The position numbers and the translations under genes are program-made. A DNA stretch of 63,839 bases, filler included, from Atractiella rhizophila (taxonomy: Eukaryota): the NCBI GenBank assembly GCA_021432655.1. It is 3 parts of 3 records of this genome, joined end to end, with 100 filler letters (N's around TTAATTAATTAA, not from the genome) between each part and the next. Parts side by side here need not be neighbours in the genome. Positions count along the whole stretch, not along the records: positions 31,142 to 62,156 come from MU271703.1; 2 more parts are not named here. One strand, written 5' to 3'. Shown piece by piece: positions 48,594 to 62,256 of the stretch; within the stretch, counting starts at the first letter, position 1; each line of letters begins with the position of its first letter. The notes beneath the pieces were generated by a model. The model was not told the origin of the DNA. It did no database searches and saw nothing but the letters and a program-made list of their open reading frames with translations.

Positions 48594-50610
48594 ATGCCTG
48601 GTGGTGCTGTCGTCGCTGGTTCCTCCGACCTTAACAGGATCGAGGCCCCTGTTACTATTAAGGGTTCGTCTTTTTCTCGCCTTGGGAGACATTTCTGATG
48701 CTGGCAACGTTGCAGCGTACCTTCTTTGCGCCTTCGCATCCTTTGGAGGTATCTTCTTCGGATACGACTCCGGTTACATCAATGGTGTTACTGGATCTGC
48801 TATCTTCAAGCACCTCATTGAGGGACCGAACGCCACTGCTCTGACGTCCTCTCACAACTCCCTGATTACCTCTATCCTCTCTGCTGGTACTTTCTTTGGT
48901 GCGCTCATTGCTGGTGACTTGGGTGCGTCTTTTCGTCTATTCTATCGAATTCAGAATTGAGCTAATTTGACCCAATAGCTGACAAGTTCGGACGAAGGAT
49001 CATCATCATCTGGGGATGCGTTGTCTACATGGCTGGTGTCATCATTCAAGCTGCTACTCAAGGATCCAAGACTACCGCCCTTACCCTGATTGTTCTTGGT
49101 CGTATCGTTGCTGGTATCGGAGTCGGATTTGTCTCGTTCGTTTTCTATCATATCCCGAGGCGACCAGCTCACATTGCCGCAACAGTGCCATCATCATTCT
49201 GTACATGTCCGAGATTTGCCCTCGCAAAGTTCGAGGTGCCCTTGTCTCGTGCTACCAGTTCTGTATCACCATCGGTATCCTCCTCGCCTCTTGCGTCACC
49301 TACGCCACCGAGAGGCGTGACGATAGCGGTTCCTACAGGATCCCCATCTGTATCCAGTTCGCTTGGGGTCTTATCCTTGGTATCGGATTGTTCTTCCTTC
49401 CCGATTCCCCCAGGTTCTATGTTAAGCACGGAGACATCGAGAAGGGACGAGAGGTGCTCGCTAGGCTCCGTGGTCAACCCGCTGACTCTGAGTACATCGA
49501 GCTCGAGCTTGCTGAGATTGTCGCCAACGCTGAGTTCGTCTTTTTTCATGCTTCAACGACCAGTAGCTAACCTCCTCATTAACAGATACGAGAGGTCCGT
49601 TATTCCTCAGGAGGGCTTCTGGTCCACTTGGGCTGTTTGCTTCACCGGATCTCTCTGGAATCAAGCCTCCAACGTCCGCCGTGTCATCCTTGGTACTTCT
49701 CTTCAAATGATGCAGCAGTGGACTGGTGTCAACTGTATGTCCCTCCATTCATCACTCAGACTATAGATGCTTAATGGAGGTATAGTCATCTTCTACTACT
49801 CTACTCCTTTCCTCCAGTCCACCGGAGCCATCAAGAACACTTTCTTGATCTCCCTCATCTTCACCCTCGTGAACGTCTGCTCGACCCCCATCTCATTCTG
49901 GACCATTGAGAAGTTCGGACGTCGCCCTCTCCTCATCGTCGGTGCTGGTGCCATGGCCATCTGTCAATTCCTCGTCGCCATCATCGGTGTCACCGTTGGT
50001 TTCAACAAGACCCACCCTGACCCCAATGATCCCACCAAGCAGCTTGCTAACAACATCCCTGCTGTCAACGCCCAGATCGCTTTCATCTGCTTCTTCATCT
50101 TCTGGTTCGCCTCCACCTGGGGACCTGGTGCTTGGGTACGGTTTTCTTTAAAGTTGTCCGCCTCGTTCTAATATGACCCTTCAGGTACTTATTGGAGAAA
50201 TCTTCCCTCTCCCCATCCGATCCCGTGGTGTTGCTCTCTCCACTGCCTCTAACTGGCTCTGGAACACCATCATCGCCGTCATCACCCCTTACATGGTCAA
50301 TGAAGACCAGGGTAACCTTAAGTCCCGCGTCTTCTTCATCTGGGGTGCTCTCTGCACCTGCGCCTTCGTCTACTCTATCATCCTTGTTCCGTACGTTGCT
50401 TTCACTTTTCCGCTCCATCTCTTACTCACGGGATTTGTAAATTGTAGTGAGACTAAGGGCTTGACCCTCGAGCAAGTCGACAGGATGATGGAGGAGTCCA
50501 CTCCCAGGACCTCCGCCAAATGGAAGCCCCACTCCACCTTCGCTGCCGATATGGGCCACGCTGGTGATGAGAAGGAGAAGGCTATCGTTGACGAGAAGCA
50601 CAGCGCTTGA
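48594..50610 (+). CDS. MFS sugar porter (high-affinity hexose transporter-like), multi-exon
   Basis: GGIFFGYDSG; DKFGRR; YMSEICPRKVRG; PDSPR; QQWTGVN; IEKFGRR; WGPGAW...GEIFPLPIRSRG; PETKGLTLE. TATAAAAG at ~48490. Confidence 0.96.
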
Positions 50611-51609
50611 TTATGTCTTTACTAATTCGACTTTCTTTAAGAAAGTATGTGCTATCATATGGGTAATACAATGAGTATTCATTAGCTGGAAATATTGTGC
50701 TCTTGCTCCGTCTCCAATATTACTCCCTCCGGACACAAATCATCTGGAGATTCCAGAAAATGACATCCGTCGTTAGAAGGTGTCACTAGGAAGTACTGGT
50801 AGTAGTGCGACTCAGCCTGAGGTTTGCGATAATAACTTCTTTGCTTTCTTTTCCTTCTTTCCTGCTGATTTTGAAGGCGTAGAACATGGTTTAGGCGCAA
50901 CGGAAATGGAAACGCTTCTGCCACGAATCAATCCCTCCATGACATTGCGGCCGTACCTAGTAGTACTTCATCGTGCCAATTCAAGTCATGGCTGCAGTGG
51001 TGTCCTCAACTCAACACCCCTCACTTGCGCTTCAGCCTTCCTTCAACTTCCATCACGATTCTCTGACAATTTTGATGGCGACAGTCCTGATCGTTGCAGG
51101 AAGTAAGCTTTGGCTCAGGATATTTGAGACTACGGCGGACTTCATTCTTAGTGACATCTTCCTGTCTTTTCTCTCCTCAAGAAATTGGCTCTGGGCAAAT
51201 ACTCACCACCTTCGACCTACTCTACCTCGTCAACCAATGACTGGACATAGCGGGGTGGAGAGAGTTCATTTATGACGATAGAACGCCGTGCACGCCGTGT
51301 GCTTACGTCTTCCGTTCCTCCAGCGCTCCAGCAGCCGGCTGAACTGGAGAGCAGAAGTTGGTGGAGCATACAAATCAACAGACATGCGACGGCTCCACTC
51401 CTCTCTGCCAGAGACACAATCCGCGGAACGCCGAGCAGCTCAGATTTCTCGGAAGCAGATTCAGCCCACCGCGTTGGAGAGCCTTCCTGGGTGGCATCAA
51501 GGTGCTCGAGCGGTATATAAGGAGAGAGATATGGCTGCTATAGGAGCAGTAAAAACAAGTTCACAAAGTCGTATTCGTCACAGGATCGTCAGAAACCAGG
51601 AAAGAAAAT

Positions 51610-53204
51610 ATGTCGATTGTTCCTAAGAGCCAGCTCAACGTTATACTGGTACGTGTTCTCATGTTTAATGAAATTGTGCTCAGCTAGTAATTCTTTAGGG
51701 CGCCGTTTGTCTTCCTCCTGATTACGTCCAGCTTTTACCTCACGGGAATCATATTGTAGATGACCTTCGGAAAGGAGGGCGCTTCTCATGTTCGCGTCTC
51801 TGATCTTGAGACAATTTCCAAGATACTAGACGTTTTTCAAAGTCATGGACATGCGTAAGCTTCCTGTGCCATTTGCAACACGTTTTTTAACTAGATGGTA
51901 CGTTTCTTAGTGAGGTAGACACATCCATGACATACGGCCATGGAGCTTCAGGTTCGTTCCTTCTCTTCTGTTGCACAAAAGTCTGATTATTGGATAACAG
52001 AGGAAGTGCTAGGCGAGGTAAACTACATTTTGTCTGCCACTTTGCTCTTCTAAAGAAATAATGGCACATGCAGCTCGAATGGCAAAAGCGTGGCTTGAAA
52101 GTAGCAACCAAGATATACCCCTCTGCCAACAGTCCCTTCTGGGCGAATAAGCCTGTACCTCAAGCCACTCATTCGATAGAAGTAGGTCCACGCTAATCTT
52201 GCTCCGACAGATGTTGAGAGATTGAACAGGATTTGAAGAAATTCAGCGCCATTTCGTTCAACCGATTGAAAACTGATGCAGTCGACGTGTACTACTTGCG
52301 TATGGTCTGCTTATTTCGTTTAGAAATTTCTTTGAAAAGAAAGCAGATGCTCCGGATCGAAAAACTCCGTTCGAAGAAACCATGAAGGGTATCGATGAAC
52401 TGTACCGCCAGGGGAAGTTCAAGAGAGTAAGCACTTCAAGCTTTATACCCCTCGAACAAATGACTGACGAAGTCTAACATTTAGTTCGGCATATCCAACT
52501 TTATGAGTTGGGAAGTTGCAGAGCTTGTTGGGATCTGTGAAAGGTACGGCTACGTTAAGCCCAGCGTTTATCAAGGATTGTACCATGCCATCAATCGAAA
52601 CGCTGAGACCGAACTCATCCACTGTCTCGTAAGTCGCTTTACTGCTTCAACACGATTTTCTGATAGGCGTATTACAGCGAAAATTTAATATCAGTCTCTA
52701 TATCTTCAATCCTTGTTCGATTTTACTCCTGTTTCTCTGTTTGTTGTCTGTCTGACGTTTGCAAAAGTGGCAGGAGGTTTCTTCACCGACAGTTACACGA
52801 AGGAGACCGAAGTCGCAGCTGGCTCTCGCTTCGACAGCAACACAGAGTTTGGCCCAGCATACCGTGCCCGTTATTGGAATGATGCTCACTTCGAGGCTCT
52901 GGAGACTGTCAGAGCAGCCGCCAAAGAGCATAAATTAACTTTAGCAGAAATTGGCTTCAGGTGGATCTCTCACCACAGCCAGTTGAAACGGTTCGTCCAA
53001 CTCTTGCGGATACGGACTGAGACTGATTAAGTGCTGCACTATAGGGAGAAAGGAGATGGTATCATCTTTGGAGTTAGCAGTTTGAAGCATATCGAGCAGA
53101 ATCTCCTCGACTTGGAGAAAGGACCTCTTCCAGAAGATGTTGTCAAAGCCATTGATCTTGCCTGGGCTAGGGTGAAAGGAGTTAGCGCGAACTACTTCCA
53201 CTAA
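51610..53204 (+). CDS. Aldo-keto reductase (AKR7/aflatoxin B1 aldehyde reductase-like), many short exons
   Basis: NVILGAMTFG; VDTSMTYG; ATK; VDVYYLHAPD; FGISNF; YQGLY; AGGFFT; RWISHHS; IIFGVSS; GPLPEDVV; ends NYFH*. Confidence 0.9.
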
Positions 53205-53409
53205 GGATATGTGGTCATGCTTGTAAATCTCTACAAAGTCTCGATGTAATTTCTAAATTCTCTTCTATCTATCCACGCACTGGATCACGTTCATTTCAAG
53301 TATAAGTCTTCGTTGCAACAAGGAGCTCATTCAAGTGGTAATGGAAACAGAAGTTAACGGTGAGGGATGGCAGTTCAAATCAATCCTATACAGAAACGCC
53401 AGGCTCTCC

Positions 53410-55769
53410 CTATTCATCTTTGATAACTGACGCTATCCGCCATCATTGTAAACACTAAAGCCAAGGAGGTAGAGAAATAAGACAGACCATGTGCGGCAGC
53501 CTGAGCACCCCAGAAATCCCTCGCTCTCAGCTTCGTCTCCCCAGAGAACTTTTCTAAATCCATCAACGCTTCCTTCGCCTCCCGTTCAATAGCTCTTCGC
53601 ACTTCCTCGTTGCGCACCGTGAAGCGGCACTTGAAAGCTTTCGGACGGATGTTTAAACCTGTACCATCAAGATCACATCAGTGGTAATCTTGTCAACTCA
53701 TGGCGGACACACCATTGGTGAAAGAAAAGATGTCGACAGGTATTTCGTCCCCATTATCGTCTAGCGCTTTTTGGACGTTGAAAGCCCATAAAATGCGGGA
53801 GACAGTGATAAACATTCCTTGTTCTATGGCTTCATCAGCGTCCATTCAAAGTGACAGGAACAAAGGCATGCCAGCAAGAGCCTGTCCGGAACAAACTCTT
53901 CTTCCGTATCCAAACGTCGAATAACCCCTTCCTCCGACGCCGGGATAATCCTGCGCTCTCAAGTGCGCTCCTTCTTCGAGCCAGCGTTCTGGTATAAAGT
54001 TATCGGGGTCTTTAAACTGTTTCTCATCTCTGTGGATTGCCCTATCGGATACAGTGTATGGTCATTCAAAATTCTGCTGGCGAAGAAAGACACCGACCAA
54101 AGATTAGCTTGGGTCCAAGTATTGGCAGGGATTGTCCATCCGTTCCACTTCACTTCTTCAGTATTTGCATGTGGTTGACCGCCGATAATAGCGACGGATC
54201 TCTGCTACAGTTTCAGAATCTGCAAAGCGAAATAAGCTCAAGTACAAACCCATCTGAAGAGCTCCGATATCAGTCCTCGCACATAAGGCAAATTCGGGGC
54301 ATCGTCCCTGGCCATCAAAATATGAGTAATGTCCTGCAAAATCCCTGTGATATCCCGCACCAAGTTGGAGAACGCTGCGATCCCACAACCTTCTCAAGCT
54401 CTGCGTGTGCCTTCGTCACAACGTGAGGAAAGGCACAAAGGGCAAGCGTGAGAGTGACGAGTGTAGATGAAGTGGTTTCTGACCCTGAAACACAAGTACA
54501 TTTAACGCTTTAGCCATACAACACTGCTACAATGGGGAGAAACGCACCAGCTCCAAATAAGCTTCCTGTTAGAGATCCCACCTCCCTGTCCGAGAGCTGA
54601 TATTGGTCTCGTAGTGCAAACACCTGCAGCACTCCTACGTTACTATCCATACATCCCAAGCCAAAATGAACGGAGACGAACCTGTTTAGCAAAACAGTCC
54701 CAGTCTGATTTTCGATTCGCTTCTTCCGCAAGTGCATAAAAGAAATCTGTCCTTCCCCTATCCGACAATGCACATCTAAATGAAAATCAAGAGCGCGTGA
54801 GAATAGGACGACTGACTTTCTCGAGCCAGCACCTTTCTTGTACCACCAGTTTCCGGGAATAAAGGCAAGAAAAGGAAAGGTTTCCAGCAACATTGGAAAT
54901 GTCTTCCCAGGAACGTTTAGTGCCGCTGCGATCTTCATAGACTACGTTGAAGCAGAAACAATTTAGAGCAGGTCACAATGCCTTAGAAACGACATGCCGT
55001 TATAACTGTCCAGTATGTGAGTGATATTTTGAGTACGCGGTAAGAACTACACACCATCTGAAATAATGGGGTCTTCATATGATGGCACCCGCCTTCCAAA
55101 TCCAATAATCGACACTGTGAGACTGGTCAGCTTGAACCTTAATACATAAAGATGGGAGAGAAAACTCGCCGACAGAAGCAGCGTATCTCTCGTAGTGCTC
55201 AACATAATGCTCAGGATTCGTTAACAGCTCATTGGCCAACACTTTTGACTCAGAATCCTGCAAGTCCCTATAGCTCTTCACCATCTGAGCACCAATTCCC
55301 TGATGCGTAATCTTCCTATGTACCCTCCACCTCTCCCCATACCTCATCGTCACGAGAGCCCATTGACCAGTTCCCAATTCGCCAAAAACAATCATTCTCG
55401 GACGAGAAGAATAGACGCCGGCTCGCTTCTCCAAGAGCTCATACGCGCTATTCTGATCGTTTAGCCATATCGTAGGATTTCTTCCGATCCACACGGTAAT
55501 CACTGGTGAGTTGTACTCTCTCGCCAGATCTGTGAACCAGAGCCATGGTTTCAGGTCGGGAAGTTGGAAGGTGTTCCCTATAAAAAACCAGCGTCAGTTT
55601 CTTCCACGTCCATAAGGAAAGGCGTGAAGAACGCACCAACGATGGGCCAAGGTAAAGGGCCAGGAGGTAATTGTCTCCTGAGCTTCAACACGCGTGCATA
55701 ATCGATAAGGACAGCAATGAAACAGGCGATACCAAGGGAGGAGAGGATTTGACCTGTTGAAAATTCCAT
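53410..55769 (-). CDS. Cytochrome P450 (OrdA/CYP64-like), multi-exon
   Basis: N-terminal TM followed by LPPGPLPWPIVG; YSSRP; YGERWRVHRK; AGSETT-type I helix across an intron; ELFR (ExxR); FIPERW; haem motif FGYGRRVCSG. Confidence 0.95.
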
Positions 55770-55957
55770 TGCTGCAGGTCCTGGGATCAAAAGGGAGACT
55801 CACGCACAAGACAGGAGCTGATCTATAAGCAGGCTCCCGCACAAAGAGAATATCCAGCTCCCGTGTCGAAAAGAACTCGAATGCGGAGACCCTGCCGATC
55901 GCCTAACACTCGGCCGTTGCAAGCTAAGGGGCCACTCAACAGGCACAACAACTTGAG

Positions 55958-56806
55958 ATGCTGCCCACCTCACGCTTCATACTTCGACGTTCGCTTGTCC
56001 GGCGCACTTATACTACTGAGTCGGCCGCTGGACGGGGGACGAATCCTCAGACGTCTATACCGGTTCAGCCTGCAACGTATCGACGGCCAGTGGGAGGGTT
56101 TCGAGGAGGGTGCGTGATTTCTTGTTGCCAGCGCTTCAGTTTAGAATGAAAAATCCTGTGCGATATTTGCATCAACTGGAGTTTGTGTATTTGGCGCAAA
56201 CTGCGTTAGATATTTAAACATCGCATAACTCTGACTGCGAATGTGTATGCTAACGAGACTTCTCACAGACTCCTCGGCTTCCTATTAGGAACAGCTACCG
56301 CTGGAACGTATTTCTACGTCCAACTCTTTCAATCATACCAAAATGCCTCCTCTCTTCTTCTCGCATCCGTCGAATCCTTAAAGGACAGCACCCAAAAGGT
56401 CCGCCTTCTCACTCCCACCTTACCTCAGTCAGCTCATGAAGTGTTGTTTTCGTATACGGATGGGATGGTAGATGTCGAGACATGTGAAGCAAATCGAAGA
56501 AGTGGAGAGGCGTCTCGTGGAGCTGGAAGAGAAAGCGGCGACACGGAAAGAGGTGGAGGACGCAAGAAAGGAAGTCAAGAAGCTTTACGTGCGAGGCTCT
56601 CTTCCACTCCCAAACTTGCGCTAACAATTGTTGATTGTTGGGTAGAACGGCTTGCACACCGAGACGCTCGAGGTCAAAGCGCACCTGTGGGGTGTGGAGC
56701 AGGATTTAACTGGTGCGTTCTGTTGTTGAGGTTCGGTTATTTGATGATGACTATTGTGTCGACAGGACTGAGCAAGAGAGATCAGAAGGAGATTAGGCTG
56801 GCCTAG
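55958..56806 (+). CDS. Small fungal protein with a mitochondrial-presequence-like N-terminus, one TM segment and a coiled coil
   Basis: Spliced: MLPTSRFILRRSLVRRTY...RRPVGGFRGG|LLGFLLGTATAGTYFY...|MSRHVKQIEEVERRLVELEEK...|...HLWGVEQDL; canonical introns. Confidence 0.7.
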
Positions 56807-57334
56807 CATCCACTCCTCTCTGCTCTCTCTGTAGATTCGCCCCTTCGCCCCACCACTGTAAGCAAAAAGCATAACCGAAGTACTGGATATTAAGTAAAGT
56901 TCATCACATTGCTTTTACTTTGCTGCGAGGAAACAATTCTGTCCGAGCTCTCTGTTCTAGAAGCTTGTCTCAATCTGGACTTTGATCTCGCCTCGATCAA
57001 AACCGGCTGCATGAGCGAAATTGATGCATTGACTTCACAAGCAGGAGCATGTACGTTTTGACATAGTTCCCAAAGAAAACCAGATGAAGACACAATTCGA
57101 CGCCTCTAGAAAGACAAAGAAAGCATTTTTCTTTGTGATAAATGCAGTGTCCTTGATGATAAAACAAAGCTCTTGTAAGCGCGAAACACACTTGAACGGG
57201 CTTCGACGAAGCCAGGTCTCCTGGCTGGAGACTTTTGATTGGAGTGAAAAGTTGATCTCTAATAGATCCCAGCAGAACAGCACCTGGTTTCATGTCTATT
57301 TCAGCGTCTACTAGCGAAGTAATGGATGACCCAC

Positions 57335-59382
57335 CTATGCCTTCCTGGAAGCCCATCCCCCCACCTCTACGACTTTCCTTTCTTCTCCCCCTTGCGCACT
57401 CTCCCACTTCCCCACCCTCCTCTTACCCCTACCCAGCTCCACCCTGCCATCCTCAACCCACCGCTGAAGCTGGTACCTTCCCTTCTGCTCAGGCTGCATC
57501 CCCTCCAACTTCTCTTCAAGGACCGGGAGCTTTTCTTCCAAGATGTCAATGAGGGCATAATCAAAGCTGCACCTCCAGTCCATCTTCTCATGTAGGAGAG
57601 AAGACAAGGATGCGTCGTAGGCCACGTCCTGTTGATACGTTTCCAAGGCGTCTTCCAGCTTCTTTCTCTCCACGCCAGTCTGTACCCGCATCGAGCGAGC
57701 AATCGACGCATCCATCCGCGATTTTACGATCCCCAAAATCCTCGCATTCTCTTCCACCTGGAGCGGCTCCACCAGCTCGGGAAATTCCACGTCCTCTTCC
57801 TCTAACGGCTGAGGAGGGAGCGAAGATGGAGGGAGGGGAATAACGCCTGTTGATTTCGCGCGAGAGGAGATGTAGAGCGGAATGAGGGGTGGGATGAGGG
57901 TGAGCGGATAGGGGTTGAGGAAGTTGGATTTGTTTGTGTCGCTTGCGGTTGCGTGGGTTTTGAGGATCGTATCTGCATAGGACGGGAGGACAGGTTCACC
58001 ACCTTCCTTTGGAAGGCTGGTTGTGCCAGTGGCGATGGAAGTGGAGGTGAAGCGAGGAGAAAGGATGTGGGCGTCCCAGATTTCGATGATGCCTTTTGGA
58101 GACAAACAGCGCGCAGCTTCTTCTATTACGTCGTGCCACTTGTCTTCTGGAATGCTGGAACCAATATTTCCCTGACCACCATTGTGCATAATTGTCAGTA
58201 CGATTTGTTTCCGCGAAAAGAAAAGGAGAACCGACAAAGTGGATCAAATCGAATTCGCCCGTCGCCCATGGCCATGGTTCGAGGAAGTTTCCAGGCAAAA
58301 AAGCGATTCTTTCGCCCATCTTCTTTGTCAAGAGTTCCAAAGGATACAAGGATGGGGCCACATCCATTCCTTCCATAGCAAACAAGAATCAGAATCATTT
58401 GGTCGACACGGAACGAGACTGCGCACCAACAAAAGACGTCTCCTCCCAACCCGGAAGGAAGGCGCATTCGATGATCCAGGTAAGGTATGGGCCGCAACCG
58501 ATGTCCAGAACCTTTTTAGGAGTCTCGAGTTTCGTCGATGAGTCCAAGGATGACCTATCCCCGGACACGATGGATGCCGTGGTGGTGAGAGACTTCATCG
58601 TGTTGCGCTTCTGAGCTGTAGACGGAACTGGAAGATGCGCCGCAGTGAAGGAGAGGTCGGGCATTCGCAGGCTCATGAGTGTTGCTGACCTGTTACCAAA
58701 ACAAAATCCGATCGTCCTCAGCGGTTGAGCTATGAAGTGCAAATGGACATACCAGTCAGAAGTGGCTGATCCGAGCCCCCACCAATAAGGATACCTCTTC
58801 TTATCATCCAGTTCGATCGAGGATAGATTGAAAGAGCCATCTTTGAAAGACTCGAAAGTAAAGCTTTCGAGCTCGTTTATCATGTCTTCTTCCTCTCCAG
58901 AAAGGACAACATCGGGATGTTCATCTCGGACTTTCTCCCGCATAAATCAGCTATTCGATGCATGCAGCTAGATGCGAGCAGAAGCAATATAACGCACGTC
59001 GCCACAGCCCTCCCTTCCTTGTCTGCTCCTCCTGAATCATAGACGACTGTGAGTTCCTAGGGCTAGCTTGACCTTCAGCTCCAACGACGCTACCGCTGAT
59101 AGAAGGGCGAAGGAGGGAAGAATTTGGGTTGTAGCTGATGGACGACAACTGAGTGGAATTGCGGGAGAGAATGGGGTTTGCGGTTGAGCTTGTGGACGTA
59201 TCAGGAGTGTTGGTGCTCCCGGTTTGGGAATGGGAATTCGAATGAGGAAGAGATAACGAGAGTCGAGAGGGTCCGCTGCCTCCATTAAGCTGAGGACTAC
59301 TAGCGGGGGAAGAGGCGTGCGACTTTCGCACCAGTTTCGAGATGGTCATTTGGCTGGAGTGGCTCTCAAGGTCTGAGCTCAA
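57335..59382 (-). CDS. Class I SAM-dependent methyltransferase-like protein with a Ser-rich N-terminus
   Basis: PKKVLDIGCG (motif I), WIIECA..GW..TSFVG-MDV, GNFLEPWPW..GEFDLIH, IPEDKWHDVIEEAARCLSPKGIIEI. Confidence 0.8.
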
Positions 59383-59577
59383 GCGATGGCTGACAACATG
59401 AGACTTTCCGGCGGGTGCGCAGACAAGGCAAAGCGCTTCGACAGATCGAGATCGTGCGGAAGCGTTTCAAAGTGTATTGTTAACCTAACCTGCAGCTTCT
59501 ATTGTCCGCAGCAAACCTTATGCCAACATTGCAAACTCAATCGCAACATTCCAGTTGGACAATCCGACAGCCTGAGA

Positions 59578-60906
59578 ATGCCAGCTGCCCCTCCCTCATT
59601 CCAATTCGCCGTTTCCTCTTCCGTCTCCTTATCTCTTACCCATTTTCCCGCACTCGTCGCCACCACTCACCCCAAGTTCGCACTCGTTGCCCATCCGCTT
59701 GGTCGATTGGGAGGAAATCAGCGCGACCCCGTGGTTGCGGTTGCTAGGAGGACGTTGACAGAACGCGGATGGGACGTCGTCACCTTTGACTCTCGAGGTG
59801 TCGGAGGCAGTGGAGGAAGAGGAAGTTTCACGTGCGTTATTGACCTTCGAGGAGTTTCTGAAATGATCTTATTATTTGCTTCATTACTATCGATTGGCTT
59901 GGTGGAAATCTCTATTAGTTTCTCCCCTTGCCTCGTTATGAAACTCTTTCTCCTAATAAGTAATAGAGATGAATTTAGTCGCATGACCACCAAATACGGT
60001 CGAAAAGGGACCCAGAAGGCAACCGTTCCTTTAAGTTTGCAAGCTCTAGCGCTCTCCGATACGCTAAGGGCTATGTGCTAATTTTCAACGTTTCAGAGCG
60101 TAGTTATCATGATGGTGTCGTATCTCTGTCCGTCCTTGACCAGTTTTGTTGGCCTTCCCATGCATAACTACGCATATGACAGAATAAGCGTCAAAGGTTG
60201 ACATGCTCCGATATATTGTGTACTAGAAGTGTTTCCAGGATACTGCATGTTACTGTCCTTTAATCCATTTCATTGTTTTCCATGCAGACCCGTTAATACT
60301 CATTTCATTCAGAGGGACCGATGAAGGAAACGATTATCAAACACTGATAGACGGCTACGTCATTCCCAAGCTATCCGAAGCAATCACGAAGGATCCAACC
60401 GCACCGAAAGCCGAGCTGCTCCTTTGTGTACCTCTACCCTTCTCCCTCACGTGGTAATCGATCGCTGATGCTGTAAGCAGGGATACTCAGCCGGCTCTCT
60501 CTATTCGACGTACGCCTTCCCCTCCTCCTCTTCCACAGCATCCATCAAGATACCCCTCCACATCGCACACCTCCTCATCTCCTATCCTCTCTCCGTCCTC
60601 TGGGCCCTCACCGCATTCCACGCCTCGACATTCCAATCGAAACTCAAAGATCTCGTCACGCGCGCTAAATCGAAGGAAGGAGGGGAGACGTATAAGTTAA
60701 TGATCATCTATGGGGATCGCGACGAGTTCACTGGAGTGGACAAATATCGAAAGTGGGTGGAGGAGTTGGAGATGAAGAAGGATGGGAGGGTGAAGGTAGT
60801 GGAGGTTGAGGATGCAGATCATTTCTGGAGAGGAGAGAGCGGAGACAGGCTGGAGAGCGCGATTGAGACGTGGTTGGAAGAGGGGGAGAAGAACCCGAAG
60901 CTCTGA
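59578..60906 (+). CDS. Alpha/beta-hydrolase fold protein
   Basis: AHPLGRLGG; FDSRGVGGSGGRGSFT; nucleophile elbow GYSAG; YGDRDEF; ADHFW. First intron ~480 bp. Confidence 0.85.
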
Positions 60907-61372
60907 GCAAGTGCTCCACTCTCCTTCCTTCGGCGCGGGAAACTTGATTTTGAGCGATTTTGAGACGTGGCGCGGATGTCGGATGAGTGGCTTCAGCCTC
61001 GCGGGTCACAGTCTGATTGAGGATACATCTCGCACTGTAGAAAGTTTGGCTTGTCGTTCAGGCTACTTGGGGGCTCCTGGTAATCATACTAGTACTTGAC
61101 AAGTTGATCTGGGTAGTTCTCCTCATCAACATTGCACATGTCAGTTCAAATCATGCAGCCTGTGTAGACCCCTTCTGAAGCTACAGTCCTACTGAAGAGC
61201 CTCTGCTTTCAACTTTTTTGGCTGAGCGTAGAAAGTCGATGAACATTGGAAACAGACAATTTCCACCAGCTCCACTGTCCCACCAGCACCACTCCTCCAC
61301 GTTTTCCATCCGGTTGCTTAGCCATTTAGCTTCTTCAGTCTCCCTATAAAAGGCTCCAGAGCCCACATTGCC

Positions 61373-62156
61373 ATGATGCCTCGTCCCTCGCTTCCCATCT
61401 CCCCCAACCGGTTATCGCAGACTTTCCGGATACAACGAAGGATGATTGCGACCAAGGTGAGAGGTTTTGGTTCCCGGGATGGGATGCGTGTGACTCAAGT
61501 GCATGTCATTTTGCGAATAGTTGACAGACCAGTCTCTCTTCAAGCAAGCTGCTTACGTCAATGGTGGCTGGATTACCTCTTCCTCCTCTTTCCCGGTATT
61601 CGATCCGGCCACAAGCAAGGAGATAGGACGAGCGCCAGAGTTGGGCGTGAAAGAAACGAAGGAGGCGATTCAGCATGCTTCAGAGGCTTTCAAGACGTGG
61701 AGCAAGACGACAGCTAAGCAGAGGGCGGATTTAATAAGGAAGATGTACGAGTTGATGGAAGGAGAATCTGTGAAGAATGATTTGGCGATGATTTGTACGG
61801 CAGAGAATGGGAAGACGGTGACGGATTCAAAGGGAGAGGTCTCATATGCAGGTTCGCCATTTTGTGCTCTTCAATTAGCTTGAACACAGGGTGATGAGGA
61901 TGGGTGTGTAAGCTTCATTCTTTGATTGGTTCGCCGGAGAAGCTTTACGGTCGTATGGAGAGACGATTCCTTCTTCAATACCCAGCCAGAGGAACGTAGT
62001 CATCAAGCAACCCATTGGCGTATGCGCCTTAATTTGCCCATGGAACTTCCCCCTGTGCGTCAGCTCCATCCACTCTCTTTCACCTCCCTTTACACATTAT
62101 GCCTTGTTTCTACAGCGCAATGTTCGCCCGCAAACTCGCCCCAGCTCTCGCTGCAG
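61373..62156 (+). CDS. Succinate-semialdehyde dehydrogenase-like aldehyde dehydrogenase (5' part, truncated at the linker)
   Basis: [67 protein letters not shown]. Confidence 0.9.
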
Positions 62157-62256
62157 NNNNNNNNNNNNNNNNNNNNNNNNNNNNNNNNNNNNNNNNNNNN
62201 TTAATTAATTAANNNNNNNNNNNNNNNNNNNNNNNNNNNNNNNNNNNNNNNNNNNN
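62157..62256. other. Artificial contig-joining linker
   Basis: N run with TTAATTAATTAA at 62201-62212. Confidence 0.95.

Noticed and set aside
48594..62156. Transporter, AKR, P450, methyltransferase, hydrolase and ALDH as a secondary-metabolite cluster
   Set aside because: There is no backbone synthase or pathway regulator in view, and the genes are common families interspersed with housekeeping-type genes.
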